This document shows positions 1-10,244 of a stretch of 64,000 nucleotides of DNA, piece by piece. Positions within the stretch are counted from its first letter, which is position 1. Each line of letters starts with the position of its first letter. Location: the sequence record OP617745.1; one strand, written 5' to 3'. The position numbers and the translations under genes were made by a program. The notes beneath the pieces were generated by a model. It saw only the letters and a list, made by a program, of their open reading frames with translations. It had not been told where the DNA came from and did no database searches.

Positions 1-1
1 A

Positions 2-1903
2 GATTTTGTCGCTGGTAATGGGATTTTAACTTCGTTGAAGGATAGTACTGTTCTTAACAACAGTATGCTGTTTATGTTAGGTGCAGATGATCTATTACAG
101 TACACTGGTAATGCCTCACCCACCAAATGGCGTCACGTAAGTAACCTGTATCATTATGGCCTTCTTGCTGTGCCTTTTAAATATGGTGTTTCTGCACTTA
201 CTTCAGTATATTCCTTACCTATTGCAGACAGCGTAACTGTTTGTAAGTTGCCAATCATTGACTTGCAGAACAACCCCCACACTATTCTGTTTGCATTTAA
301 CGGTATTACAAGGTATGAGATTCATGAGGGAACCTGCATTAATAAAGCCCAGTCTCAAGTTGGTATTTTCCATATGGCATCCCTTACCAACTACTCTCTT
401 GTAAACATTTATGTTATGAGAGATACTCATCCTACTGTTTCTTATTCAGATGCAGGTATGACACAGCAGGCAGCATCATACACGCTAAACTATGGGCGAG
501 GCACAGATCTTACTGTCTATCACAGTGGGAGTCAGGGATATGGATGGGGGGCAACTGGCGGTGGGGATATTATAGCTAATACAAGATTCTTGTATTCAAA
601 CTTTAACAGGTTTGACTCACACAACCCAATACTTGGATATTTCGATGCAATTGATTGTACTTTTGGTGTTGGTGGTCTTGCTGTAGCAGGCTTTGGTACG
701 ATTAATATTGTTAGACCTCGTTTTTCACGAAACCCTAACAGTAATGACCCTTTTGGTGGGAATTTGCCTATGTATTTCAGGATTCGTGAAACCCACGGTG
801 GCTGGTTTGATGGATCACTAAATATTACAGATATGGTAGTAGACGGTGTGGACACTATTCTACCCAACTTTGTGGAAGCCCCACAAATTAGTGATACACA
901 ATTACCAGCAGGAAGTCCTGTGCAGCCTTGGGCCTTTAAACATATCTATATTGATGGATTGGAATTTACTACACCTAAAGTAGGCAGACGCTTGAATAAG
1001 TTCCATTCCCACTCTGGGCCATACTCTAGTGGGACTTATCACCCAAAAAGTATTATTATTAAGCGTCTTAAATACAATTGCCAAGGAAGTGCAGACCCTG
1101 AACAGGATGCTTTAGTTTTTGATATCACTAATGCTAAACAACAGACATTTAATACAGCAGCAAACCATGTAGCTATTGAACCTGCTACTACTGAGATTGT
1201 ATTGGAGGATTGTGAAGTAGCTTCTCTTGTGTTTAAGAGAAGTGCCATAGCCGCATCCCATTGTGTAGATGTAACCTTAGTAAGGTTGTCCCCATCACAA
1301 CCAGATGGGGATTACCCAGTAATTCATACTAATTTGAAAGGTAGATACAAAGCTATTGATTCTAAAATTGGTGGCTTTGATGATAGTGCCTTTGGTGTAC
1401 CTACTGCACATACATTGATGTTTGATCAAGTAAGCTGTATCAACAAGCATAAGGGTACAGACCTTCCCTATAAACTGGCGGGGGGATATCCTCACGACTT
1501 TACTTCCGTGGGTACTACCTTCATTGGTAACTACTCACGAGCAGAGGTAACTGCTCAGAACACAAACCTTGGACAGTGGTCATCTCTTGATGGGTGTAAG
1601 TATTATACGAAGGAGGGGGGAATCACCACTCACCTGATGATGTGGTCAGGTAATATCGGTTCAACACAGACTGACATTAATATAAGCATCCATGATGGGA
1701 ATACCTTACTATCCTCATTAATCCTTGATAGTAAGATTATATTTGATGAGATGAGGTTATGTAATGTGACTGGTATAGTTGGACGACAACTGTACAACCC
1801 ATCTTCTGGGGGTTACTACTACAATGTGGCAAGGAATGGGCATAGAGTTAATATCAATTCAGGTGCAGGGTCTGCATCAATTAGAGAAATACATGTCAAA
1901 TAA
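2..1903 (+). CDS. C-terminal part of a tailspike/receptor-binding protein (gene starts left of the window)
   Basis: Frame is open back to the window edge, so the TTG at 35 is not a true start. Gly/Asn/Thr-rich, beta-strand-rich sequence directly upstream of two other tail-fibre/tailspike genes. Confidence 0.6.
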   Translation, partial: DFVAGNGILTSLKDSTVLNNSMLFMLGADDLLQYTGNASPTKWRHVSNLYHYGLLAVPFKYGVSALTSVYSLPIADSVTVCKLPIIDLQNNPHTILFAFNGITRYEIHEGTCINKAQSQVGIFHMASLTNYSLVNIYVMRDTHPTVSYSDAGMTQQAASYTLNYGRGTDLTVYHSGSQGYGWGATGGGDIIANTRFLYSNFNRFDSHNPILGYFDAIDCTFGVGGLAVAGFGTINIVRPRFSRNPNSNDPFGGNLPMYFRIRETHGGWFDGSLNITDMVVDGVDTILPNFVEAPQISDTQLPAGSPVQPWAFKHIYIDGLEFTTPKVGRRLNKFHSHSGPYSSGTYHPKSIIIKRLKYNCQGSADPEQDALVFDITNAKQQTFNTAANHVAIEPATTEIVLEDCEVASLVFKRSAIAASHCVDVTLVRLSPSQPDGDYPVIHTNLKGRYKAIDSKIGGFDDSAFGVPTAHTLMFDQVSCINKHKGTDLPYKLAGGYPHDFTSVGTTFIGNYSRAEVTAQNTNLGQWSSLDGCKYYTKEGGITTHLMMWSGNIGSTQTDINISIHDGNTLLSSLILDSKIIFDEMRLCNVTGIVGRQLYNPSSGGYYYNVARNGHRVNINSGAGSASIREIHVK

Positions 1904-1912
1904 GGAATATAA

Positions 1913-2152
1913 ATGTTTAAACAAGTTAAAGATACTGAAGTAACATTGTTATTCAATGGAAATTGTAGTATAGGAAAAATTACAATTCCTTTGACTATCT
2001 ACTATACATGAAAGGATATCATGATACGAGATCAGGAGTTGACAGTGTGTCTCTATATTGGAACAGACAAAGATGAGTTGAACTACTATCATGCTATATC
2101 TTTTACTTTCCCTATTGAAGACTTTAAAGATGTTAGTATGATAGAGAGTTAA
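1913..2152 (+). pseudogene. Small 80-codon ORF interrupted by one in-frame TGA (2009-2011)
   Basis: AAGGA SD and ATG at 1913. Reads MFKQVKDTEV...IYYT*KDIMIRDQ...MIES* in a single frame to TAA at 2150-2152. Confidence 0.45.
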
Positions 2153-2197
2153 AGTGGATGGGATTAGAAGATTTTAGTTCTGTTGTACTTATTTAAC

Positions 2198-2225
2198 AAA
2201 AGCACCTTCGGGTGCTTTTGTTTTT
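2198..2225 (+). terminator. Intrinsic terminator with UUCG loop
   Basis: AAAAGCACC-TTCG-GGTGCTTTT followed by a T-run. Confidence 0.85.
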
Positions 2226-2265
2226 GCTAAATACATAATAAAATCTTTATAAAGAGGTTTATTAA

Positions 2266-4911
2266 ATGTCATTAATTCAACTTTCACCTAGTAATGGTGA
2301 TTCATTATTAATAAATTCTGGTTCTTTTAGTACTGGTAAAATTATCAGAACACGAAATGAACTTGTATTTTATACAGACCAGTACGGTAACAGTACTGGA
2401 TATCGTTGGTTGGGTAATTTACCTCATACAATTAATGGTAATTCACCACAAACCGATGGTGGTATTTCAAGTACATCATGGGAATCTTACATTACTTCAA
2501 ATTTATATGATAAATTAAAATCAGAAAATATCACATTATCAGGTACAGCACATTTACCAACTGTTGAAGTTGCATATGGATTACCAAAAGGTTCATTGAA
2601 AGTTTGGACTCCTGGTTCTACCAGTTCATCTTCCCAGTACTGGTTATATTCAGATGGAACTGTGTGGGGTGGTGTTGGAGTTTTAGGTAATGAACCGGTA
2701 TCACCGTTCACGCAAATACATTTACAGAGAGATATTATAAAGTATACTTATGTGGTTGTAACTAATGGTACTAACACAGTATATATACCTTATACATTTA
2801 GTTCAGTGGAAGTTTATATAAATGGAGTATTACAAAGTATAGAGGCTGGTAATTTTTCAGTAAATTCTAATTATGTAATTTTTTCAGAAAATCTAGTAAA
2901 AAATGATGTTATTCAATTCTTTTTATCTAATGTTCCTATTAGTAGTTTGGATTATGCAACTAAAATTTTATTAGCGTCAGTTTCTGGTGCATCACTCATA
3001 GGAACAAGTGATGGAAAAACCGTACAAGAAACATTGGATAATTCTCCTAAAATTTTAGGTGATTATGAAGATTCTATTCACACATTAACTACCACAAATG
3101 ACATTATTACATTCAGAAGCGTACAATATAGAATTAGTGATGAGTCATTATTACCTTATACAACATCAGGTACTACTATTTCTACATGGACACAGGATGT
3201 TATTAATTTCAAATCACAAAATAGCGATATTTACATTTCAGTACTGAATTACGGGGCGGTTGGTGATTATAATACATCCACCAACACCGGAACTGACTGT
3301 ACTAATATGTTCAAAGCAGCAATTAAAGATGCAATTTCCAAAGGAATTAAAAAAGTTTATGTACCCGGAGGAAAATATTTAATAACAGGTGAAATCAATT
3401 TAGGTGGCGAAAATTTCATTTCTGGAGAGGGTACCCGTGATTATTGGCGTGGAATTGTCGACGGCGTAAGTTTGGTTGGTGATGGTCCTTATAGTACTAT
3501 ACTAGTTTTCGATCCACCATCTAGTGATACACCGTGTATTTCTGCAAGAGGTGGGTGGGGTACGCATTCACCAAGAGCCGTCTCTCAATTAGCGATTGAG
3601 CCAAAAGTATGGGCTGATTATTCCAGTACTGCATCCGGTACAGGTATATTATTACAAGGTTGCTGTTTTGTTCCTGTGACTGATGTACATATTGGTAGAT
3701 TCAAAAGAGGTATTCATCTATGGAATTTATTACAAGGTGCGAATGACACATCTAATACATTTACACAAGGAGATTTCACTGAATTCAACCGTTTTACCAG
3801 AGTTCGTGTATTCAACAGTGATATAAGCGTTGATTATCAAGTGACAAAAGGAAATAATTCATTTCATGGTAATTCATTTGCTGATTGTATGTTCCAAATC
3901 AATTCATATGGTGGTATTGGTCTACGAATGTGGGATGATGGTACAAGAGCTACAATTGTTCCACCCACTAATGCGTATTATCAATATATTGCAAATGTTT
4001 ATAATAACAATTTTGATATAAACTTTTTTGGTAGCGATGCAAGAGTTTGTTATCTTATGTCGTTGATTCGTGCACAGGGACGTGGCTGTGCGGGTACGAT
4101 GACAGTTGAAGCGGCGGTAACTTTAAAAACTGATACATTTGAATGGTTCCAAAGTTTTGGTAGCTTACATTCAATTTCAGCTATCAATACTTCAGTTGGT
4201 GCCACAGATACAAATACCAGACCAGTCGCTTTTATGTGGAATAATTCAGCATATCCACAACCATATTTTGATGGCTCTGATACATCTGGAACGTTATTAG
4301 CCACATCATATCCAAGACAATTTGATGTTAATAATTATGGTAATACTGGAATGGATTTACTAAATGTTCGTGGTGCACAATCTGGGTCAATTTGGTCACA
4401 GTTGACAAGTAACGTATCAGTTGGGTGGTTGTTTTCAACAAGAACAGTGGATAAATCTCGTGCTGGTCAAAATACAGTTTGGCGTTTTTATTATGATGGT
4501 ACACAAATTAAATCATCAAATACACAGGTTGGATTATACAATAGTACAGTTGGTGTGAATCTCACCAGTACTGCATTAGTTCCTTCTATTAATACGACAA
4601 TAAATTTGGGTTCTGCATCATTGAGATATAATGGGTTATATATTAATGGATGGAATATGGGTACAGGTGGTATAGTTCCAGTTACAGATTCATCTGTTAA
4701 TATAGGCAGTAGTTCATATTTTGTAAACAGAACTTATACAAAAACAACCTATTATACAAGTACGGTGTTTGATTCTGCGGGAACTGGTTCTCCCGAAGGA
4801 ATTGTTTCGGCAGGCGTTGGTAGTACATACAGACGAACCGATGGTTCATCTGGTTCAACATTTTATGTTAAAGAATCCGGTACCGGAAATACTGGCTGGG
4901 TGGCAAAATAA
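2266..4911 (+). CDS. Tailspike / putative polysaccharide depolymerase (881 aa)
   Basis: N-terminal phage anchor-like segment (YRWLGNLPHT...PQTDGG). Pectate-lyase-3-like beta-helix start ISVLNYGAVGD...AAIKDAISKGIKKVYVPGGKY. C-terminal GSPEG..SAGVGSTYRRTDG..GWVAK motif typical of tailspike ends. Confidence 0.8.
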   Translation: MSLIQLSPSNGDSLLINSGSFSTGKIIRTRNELVFYTDQYGNSTGYRWLGNLPHTINGNSPQTDGGISSTSWESYITSNLYDKLKSENITLSGTAHLPTVEVAYGLPKGSLKVWTPGSTSSSSQYWLYSDGTVWGGVGVLGNEPVSPFTQIHLQRDIIKYTYVVVTNGTNTVYIPYTFSSVEVYINGVLQSIEAGNFSVNSNYVIFSENLVKNDVIQFFLSNVPISSLDYATKILLASVSGASLIGTSDGKTVQETLDNSPKILGDYEDSIHTLTTTNDIITFRSVQYRISDESLLPYTTSGTTISTWTQDVINFKSQNSDIYISVLNYGAVGDYNTSTNTGTDCTNMFKAAIKDAISKGIKKVYVPGGKYLITGEINLGGENFISGEGTRDYWRGIVDGVSLVGDGPYSTILVFDPPSSDTPCISARGGWGTHSPRAVSQLAIEPKVWADYSSTASGTGILLQGCCFVPVTDVHIGRFKRGIHLWNLLQGANDTSNTFTQGDFTEFNRFTRVRVFNSDISVDYQVTKGNNSFHGNSFADCMFQINSYGGIGLRMWDDGTRATIVPPTNAYYQYIANVYNNNFDINFFGSDARVCYLMSLIRAQGRGCAGTMTVEAAVTLKTDTFEWFQSFGSLHSISAINTSVGATDTNTRPVAFMWNNSAYPQPYFDGSDTSGTLLATSYPRQFDVNNYGNTGMDLLNVRGAQSGSIWSQLTSNVSVGWLFSTRTVDKSRAGQNTVWRFYYDGTQIKSSNTQVGLYNSTVGVNLTSTALVPSINTTINLGSASLRYNGLYINGWNMGTGGIVPVTDSSVNIGSSSYFVNRTYTKTTYYTSTVFDSAGTGSPEGIVSAGVGSTYRRTDGSSGSTFYVKESGTGNTGWVAK

Positions 4912-4920
4912 GGATAAAAA

Positions 4921-7005
4921 ATGTCATTAACTAACTTAAATTCATCAAACTCAAAAAGTATGTTAATTAATTCTGGTACATTTAGAAGTGGGGTGTACAT
5001 CACCTCACAAAACCAAATTTTAACATATACAGATAGTAATGGGATGACTGCTGGATATTATTACACTGGCTCAGTTCCATATACTACCACCAAAAATACA
5101 CCACAGAGTGATAGTGCACTTTGGAAAGTTATGTTCATTGCAGATAAGTACTCTTATCTAAAATCTGACATTGTACCAATTACCAGTGGTGGTACTGGAG
5201 CTAATAATATATCTAATGCAAGAACTAACTTTGGTTTAGGCACTGCTGATACCCCAACGTTCCAGAGTCTTAATATTCAGTACAGTTCCAATGAACCAAA
5301 AATTAATTTAAATAATTCCATCATTAGATCTAACACCAGTAACGCATTAGTTGTTAGTGCATTACAAGGGATTTATTTACGTCCAGCAGGTGACAATGTT
5401 TCGAGTCCACAAATTTCATATTCTACGGCTGGGGCATTGACAATGACAAACACTAATGTTACAGTTAACGGTAATGTTAGTGTTAACGGTAGTTTAACAT
5501 TAAGTACTGCATTAGCACTTTCAAGTGGTGGTACTGGAGCAACTGATGCACCCACGGCGAGAACAAATTTAGGATTAGGTACATCATCAACTGTTGATAC
5601 TGGTACAAGTGGTGCCACAATTCCATTGCTAAGTACTGCAAATACATGGTCATCTACTCAAACTATACAAGGCAACTTAGTTGTTGGTGTATCAGGTACG
5701 AGTACTATTAATTTGGGTGCTTCTGCTTTTATGCGAGATAATGGATCAAAAGCATTAATTATCACGTCCAACTCAGCATCTGATGCATCCCCTGCTGGTC
5801 TGTATCTACGACCAATGGGTGATACTGTAAGTACAGTGCAAATTTATGGTAATAGTACTGGATGGTCAGTCAATGGTAATACTCAAATTTCTGGAACATT
5901 TTCTAATACAGGAAATGCTTCATTTTTGAATAGTGCTTATACAGTTGATAGTACTGGGATGTACGCATCAAGTACTGGAAAAGTGTTAGGTGCCGTTGGC
6001 ACACCGTGGAGTACTACTTATACTAATACATTAACATCTGGTACATCAGCACAGCTTTATTTAAATTCAACATCTGGTACTATAAATTTACAAAATTCTG
6101 GTGTAACCACATATACATACACATCTAGTGCTTTTAGTCCAGCAACAACAGGTAAAAACTCGGCGGCGGCTGGAACTCCGTGGAGTATAACATATAGCAA
6201 TTCTATTACATCAGGAACCAGTACGGCATTAACTTTAAATGGCACTTCAACTAACATAAATTTACAAATAGCTGGAACTACGATAATACAGCTAGGATCG
6301 TCGGGTTTTGTATCTAATAACAACGTGACATATAGATCGAAAAATACATCAGGTACTGCATTAGATCTATGCAAAATTGATACTAGTAATATTACACAAA
6401 TTGGTAATACTACTATACAAACTAATATAAATTCTTCAGTACATCCAACAGTAAACGTGGCTGGAACTTCTTATACACTTTATAGTACTGGTAATAAACC
6501 AACAGTAAGTGCATTTAGAGCAAGCTATTTAACAACTGCTGGTTCAGATTCCAAACAAACATTAACTGCATCTAATACACCACAGACTTTATTAGTTAAT
6601 ACTATAACTGCTGCATCAAGTATTATAACTGCTAATACAAGTACTGGTACATTTTTATCTAATGTTACACAAGGCATGATGATGTCAATTAACGCACAAA
6701 TTATTAGAGAAACTTCTGGTGGTGGTGATGTTTATTGGATAATGTTCTTGGAAACAAGTACGGATGGTACAACATGGACTTCTGTTCCGGGTTCTAATAG
6801 AATTGTTACATTAAGTTCTAACACAACTAATGAAATGAAGCAGGTTGATTTTACCGTTGCTATACAAAGTACACAAGGTTCATATATAAGAATTAGACAT
6901 GCCTGTACTGATAGTACTAAAACCGTTTCTGTAATTTCTAAAGATTCATTATTTGCCGGTGTTCCAATTTCATCTGGTTTGATAGTAAGTTTCTTAACTA
7001 TATAA
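4921..7005 (+). CDS. Tail fibre protein with internal repeats (694 aa)
   Basis: Ser/Thr/Gly-rich. SGGTGA...ARTN(F/L)GLGT tail-fibre repeats. N-terminus homologous to that of 2266..4911. Confidence 0.8.
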   Translation: MSLTNLNSSNSKSMLINSGTFRSGVYITSQNQILTYTDSNGMTAGYYYTGSVPYTTTKNTPQSDSALWKVMFIADKYSYLKSDIVPITSGGTGANNISNARTNFGLGTADTPTFQSLNIQYSSNEPKINLNNSIIRSNTSNALVVSALQGIYLRPAGDNVSSPQISYSTAGALTMTNTNVTVNGNVSVNGSLTLSTALALSSGGTGATDAPTARTNLGLGTSSTVDTGTSGATIPLLSTANTWSSTQTIQGNLVVGVSGTSTINLGASAFMRDNGSKALIITSNSASDASPAGLYLRPMGDTVSTVQIYGNSTGWSVNGNTQISGTFSNTGNASFLNSAYTVDSTGMYASSTGKVLGAVGTPWSTTYTNTLTSGTSAQLYLNSTSGTINLQNSGVTTYTYTSSAFSPATTGKNSAAAGTPWSITYSNSITSGTSTALTLNGTSTNINLQIAGTTIIQLGSSGFVSNNNVTYRSKNTSGTALDLCKIDTSNITQIGNTTIQTNINSSVHPTVNVAGTSYTLYSTGNKPTVSAFRASYLTTAGSDSKQTLTASNTPQTLLVNTITAASSIITANTSTGTFLSNVTQGMMMSINAQIIRETSGGGDVYWIMFLETSTDGTTWTSVPGSNRIVTLSSNTTNEMKQVDFTVAIQSTQGSYIRIRHACTDSTKTVSVISKDSLFAGVPISSGLIVSFLTI

Positions 7006-7007
7006 TA

Positions 7008-7037
7008 AAAAAGCCGCAATTTATGTTGCGGCTTTTT
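7008..7037 (+). terminator. Intrinsic terminator ending the tail-fibre cluster
   Basis: AAAAAGCCGCAA-TTTATG-TTGCGGCTTTTT. Confidence 0.85.
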
Positions 7038-7087
7038 CTACATTATGATATTATTACATCATTCTAAATCCATTTAAAAATCTTTTA

Positions 7088-7116
7088 TTGACAAAGGATC
7101 TATTTTAAGTTAAAAT
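7088..7116 (+). promoter_or_regulatory. sigma70-type promoter
   Basis: TTGACA-N17-TAAAAT, 30 bp upstream of the 7146 ORF. Confidence 0.8.
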
Positions 7117-7145
7117 GCAAAAATAACTATTTAAGAGACTGAAAA

Positions 7146-7649
7146 ATGGCGAAATTTGATCGACTACAAAAAAAGTATACTTTTGTATTGCATTTACTAA
7201 GAAGAAGTTCAGTACTAAAATCGTTAGTACATGATGATAAATCAAGAAAAGAACTTATTGAATGCATGTATGATATGTCCAGACATACATTATATAAATT
7301 ATTAAAGGATTATAGTACTGATCCGTTTAATTCACGTTTTGAACTAAATTCTTCACCGAATTATACATCATTAGCATCCATTGATAAGTTTGAACTAAGA
7401 GATAAAACTAACAATATTCTTTTATGTATCAGCAACTATAATGGTAGTACCGAAAAATACAATCCAAAGTATATCAAATGTAATGCACATATTAATGGAA
7501 AGTACATAAGTGATGTTTTAACTGAAAATGAAAAATTGTACTTTTTACGTTTACATGAAGATGTGCGTGTAATGATCAAAAACTTTGATGAATTGGAAAA
7601 ATATCAGGAAATCAACGAAGTCAAAGATAAACTAAAAAGGTTATATTAA
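7146..7649 (+). CDS. Hypothetical protein
   Basis: 167-aa ORF with SD-like GAGA; first of a run of overlapping genes. Confidence 0.7.
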   Translation: MAKFDRLQKKYTFVLHLLRRSSVLKSLVHDDKSRKELIECMYDMSRHTLYKLLKDYSTDPFNSRFELNSSPNYTSLASIDKFELRDKTNNILLCISNYNGSTEKYNPKYIKCNAHINGKYISDVLTENEKLYFLRLHEDVRVMIKNFDELEKYQEINEVKDKLKRLY

Positions 7650-8137
7650 TGGCTATTGCACCCAAGAAACCAAAACCAAACGATAACTCAGTAAAATGCA
7701 TGTTAGGTGCATTGTTATTATCCAAAAGTTTAATACTAATGGAGTATAATAACAAAAGAGATATTTTAAATGCAAAGTACTACAATTCAAAAGTCTCACA
7801 AGAGGTATATCATTTCTGTAAGTACTGTGTGAACAATCCATCAGATATAAGTTATTTTAATGAAAGTGGTAATTTAAGATATCAAAATCCTGTTTTTGAA
7901 TTTTATATCGAACATTATGATATGGGGTTCAAATATTCATCACAATCTGATGTTGTGTACTTTAAAGTTCAAAATAATTGGATGGAATTCAGTACTAACA
8001 AATATGACAAAATGTTATTGAGTTCAGTATTTTTTTGTTTATCAGAAAGAGAAAGAAATGAAAAAATTCTTTCCAATATACAAAATACAATAGATAGTAA
8101 ATTGCGTTATCTTGCTATGTATAAGGAGACAAAATGA
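7649..8137 (+). CDS. Hypothetical protein
   Basis: 162-aa ORF; TAATG coupling to the previous gene. Confidence 0.7.
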   Translation: MAIAPKKPKPNDNSVKCMLGALLLSKSLILMEYNNKRDILNAKYYNSKVSQEVYHFCKYCVNNPSDISYFNESGNLRYQNPVFEFYIEHYDMGFKYSSQSDVVYFKVQNNWMEFSTNKYDKMLLSSVFFCLSERERNEKILSNIQNTIDSKLRYLAMYKETK

Positions 8138-8532
8138 CAATTGATGATATTTACAGTACAATAAGGAATTTGGATAAGTACAAAAAAGTTTTTGATTCAA
8201 TCAACCGTAATATTTTTTACGGTATTGGTACGTATGATATTATACAACTGGAATACGATCAGGAAGGGAAAAGTGGTATAAATTTCGTGTGTCCACGTGA
8301 CAGCGAAAACAATTTCATGTATGTTGAAGTGAACGAAGATGGTATCAAATTTACAAAAATCTTCAAAGGTGGAATTGATTACGAAGAACTGGATTTGAAT
8401 GAAGAAGATAGTTTCTTTCAACAAGATACTGTTATAAATCTTGGTTTTTCATTACAAGAGTACAGAGAGATGCATAAAGATTTTATGCGTTATTACAATG
8501 GTTTCCTCAAAGAATTAACGGTACATTTATGA
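8134..8532 (+). CDS. Hypothetical protein
   Basis: 132-aa ORF; ATGA overlap, AAGGAG SD. Confidence 0.7.
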   Translation: MTIDDIYSTIRNLDKYKKVFDSINRNIFYGIGTYDIIQLEYDQEGKSGINFVCPRDSENNFMYVEVNEDGIKFTKIFKGGIDYEELDLNEEDSFFQQDTVINLGFSLQEYREMHKDFMRYYNGFLKELTVHL

Positions 8533-8993
8533 ATCTCAATACAAGTGAAATGTTCTTTAACGATGTAAAATCAAAATTTCTAAAAAATGATGGTAGTGGT
8601 TTTGATGAAAAAATCAAAGAGGTGGTATTGCGTTGGAAAAATAGTCCAGTACTGAATAATATATGCCCTCGATGGTCATGTCAAAGTCATGATTATGATG
8701 ATTTTAATACTTATTATTACATTATATTCTGTACCCAAAACGATGGTGCGGAATTTCTGTACAATAAAGTATTGAAAAAGCTAATCGAACTCAGTGCAAA
8801 GTACGGTGTGATGGATAATTGTTGGGAATACAAGGTAATCCAGTTAATGAACACAATTGATAACAATCACACACCCTTTGAACCACACGTAGAAATTGCA
8901 TGTAGAGTATTTGGGGATTATAATAAAATTTGTATTTTAGAAAAAGTATGGTTAGAATTACTAGAAGGTATTGAAAAAGAATATGGGCAATAA
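8529..8993 (+). CDS. Hypothetical protein
   Basis: 154-aa ORF; ATGA overlap. Confidence 0.7.
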   Translation: MNLNTSEMFFNDVKSKFLKNDGSGFDEKIKEVVLRWKNSPVLNNICPRWSCQSHDYDDFNTYYYIIFCTQNDGAEFLYNKVLKKLIELSAKYGVMDNCWEYKVIQLMNTIDNNHTPFEPHVEIACRVFGDYNKICILEKVWLELLEGIEKEYGQ

Positions 8994-10227
8994 TAATTTT
9001 TTAGAACAAAATATAGTTAAACATCTTGCAGGTTCAAATGCATATGGTACTAATACCCCTGAAAGTGATGTTGATTACAGGGGTATTTTTTTAGCATCAA
9101 AAGAATATATCATGACTCCCTTTTATAATGTAAAAGAAGTCACTGATTCTTCAGAAGAAGATACAAAATTTTATGAATTGAATCAGTACATGAAATTGTA
9201 TCTGGACGCTAATCCAAACATTCTCGAAAGTTTATGGGTAGATCCATCAGATATCGTTGATAGTACTGAATTTTATGATTATCTACGCAAACACAATGCT
9301 GATTTACTAAGTTCACGAATTGCATTTACTTATACTGGTTATGCTTATAATCAGGTAACTCGTATGAAAAATCATCACGGTTGGATGGATAAAGAACGTA
9401 CAGCAGAAAATAGATTAAATGAAATTATTTCTTTATATCCATATGTTATCACAAAAGAATGGATGTATGATACGTTTCCAGATTATCTGGTTGAACGCGT
9501 ATTAAAAGATGTAATCTTATCAAACATGAACATTTCAATTGATTTTGAAAAATTAATGCGTGATACTTCATTACAACTGGTTTCTATTGTTCCACTGAAG
9601 CAATACCATTTTGTTAAATTGGTGCACAATTACAGTACTGAAAAAGTTCTTGATCGTGATTTCAATTTACTGAATTACAATAATGGTTATGAATTAATTC
9701 ACTACGGTGAAAATATTTTTGCTCTTGTAAAAAATAAAAATGAGAGTACAATTAATTCTGATGGTACATTGCGTTATTTCAATAAAGAACGTAGTACTGA
9801 AGAATTGAAAACTTATCCTGAACTTATCATCAAATTCAATAATAAAGAATGGACTGAAAATTCTGATAACAGAAAGAACTATCACAAATGGAAGAAAAAT
9901 CGTAACACTAAGCGTTCTATTATGGAAATGCAATCAGGTTATGATCGAAAATTTGCAATGCATACTATCAGATTATTGAACACTGCTGAAGAAGCGTTGG
10001 AAAGTGGCATTATTCATGTCAAACGTCCAGATGCACAATTTTTATTGGATATCAGAAATGGTAAGTACACCTATGAAGAGATCATGGAAATGTATAATAC
10101 CAAACAACACAATATCCGAGAAGTTTTGTACAAAAAATCAGTACTACCAAAGAAACCGAATATCAAATTAGCTACCAAGATTTTACTTGATATTCGTGAA
10201 ATGCAATTTTATGGCAAAAAATCATAA
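8983..10227 (+). CDS. Pol-beta-superfamily (minimal-type, PF10127-like) nucleotidyltransferase with a central insertion
   Basis: Signature LAGSNAYGTNTPESDVDYRGIF (GS..YG...P.SD.D). C-terminal GYDRKFAMHTIRLL...LLDIRNGKY. Start placed at ATG 8983. Confidence 0.8.
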   Translation: MGNNNFLEQNIVKHLAGSNAYGTNTPESDVDYRGIFLASKEYIMTPFYNVKEVTDSSEEDTKFYELNQYMKLYLDANPNILESLWVDPSDIVDSTEFYDYLRKHNADLLSSRIAFTYTGYAYNQVTRMKNHHGWMDKERTAENRLNEIISLYPYVITKEWMYDTFPDYLVERVLKDVILSNMNISIDFEKLMRDTSLQLVSIVPLKQYHFVKLVHNYSTEKVLDRDFNLLNYNNGYELIHYGENIFALVKNKNESTINSDGTLRYFNKERSTEELKTYPELIIKFNNKEWTENSDNRKNYHKWKKNRNTKRSIMEMQSGYDRKFAMHTIRLLNTAEEALESGIIHVKRPDAQFLLDIRNGKYTYEEIMEMYNTKQHNIREVLYKKSVLPKKPNIKLATKILLDIREMQFYGKKS

Positions 10228-10244
10228 TACAAAGAGGTAATTAT

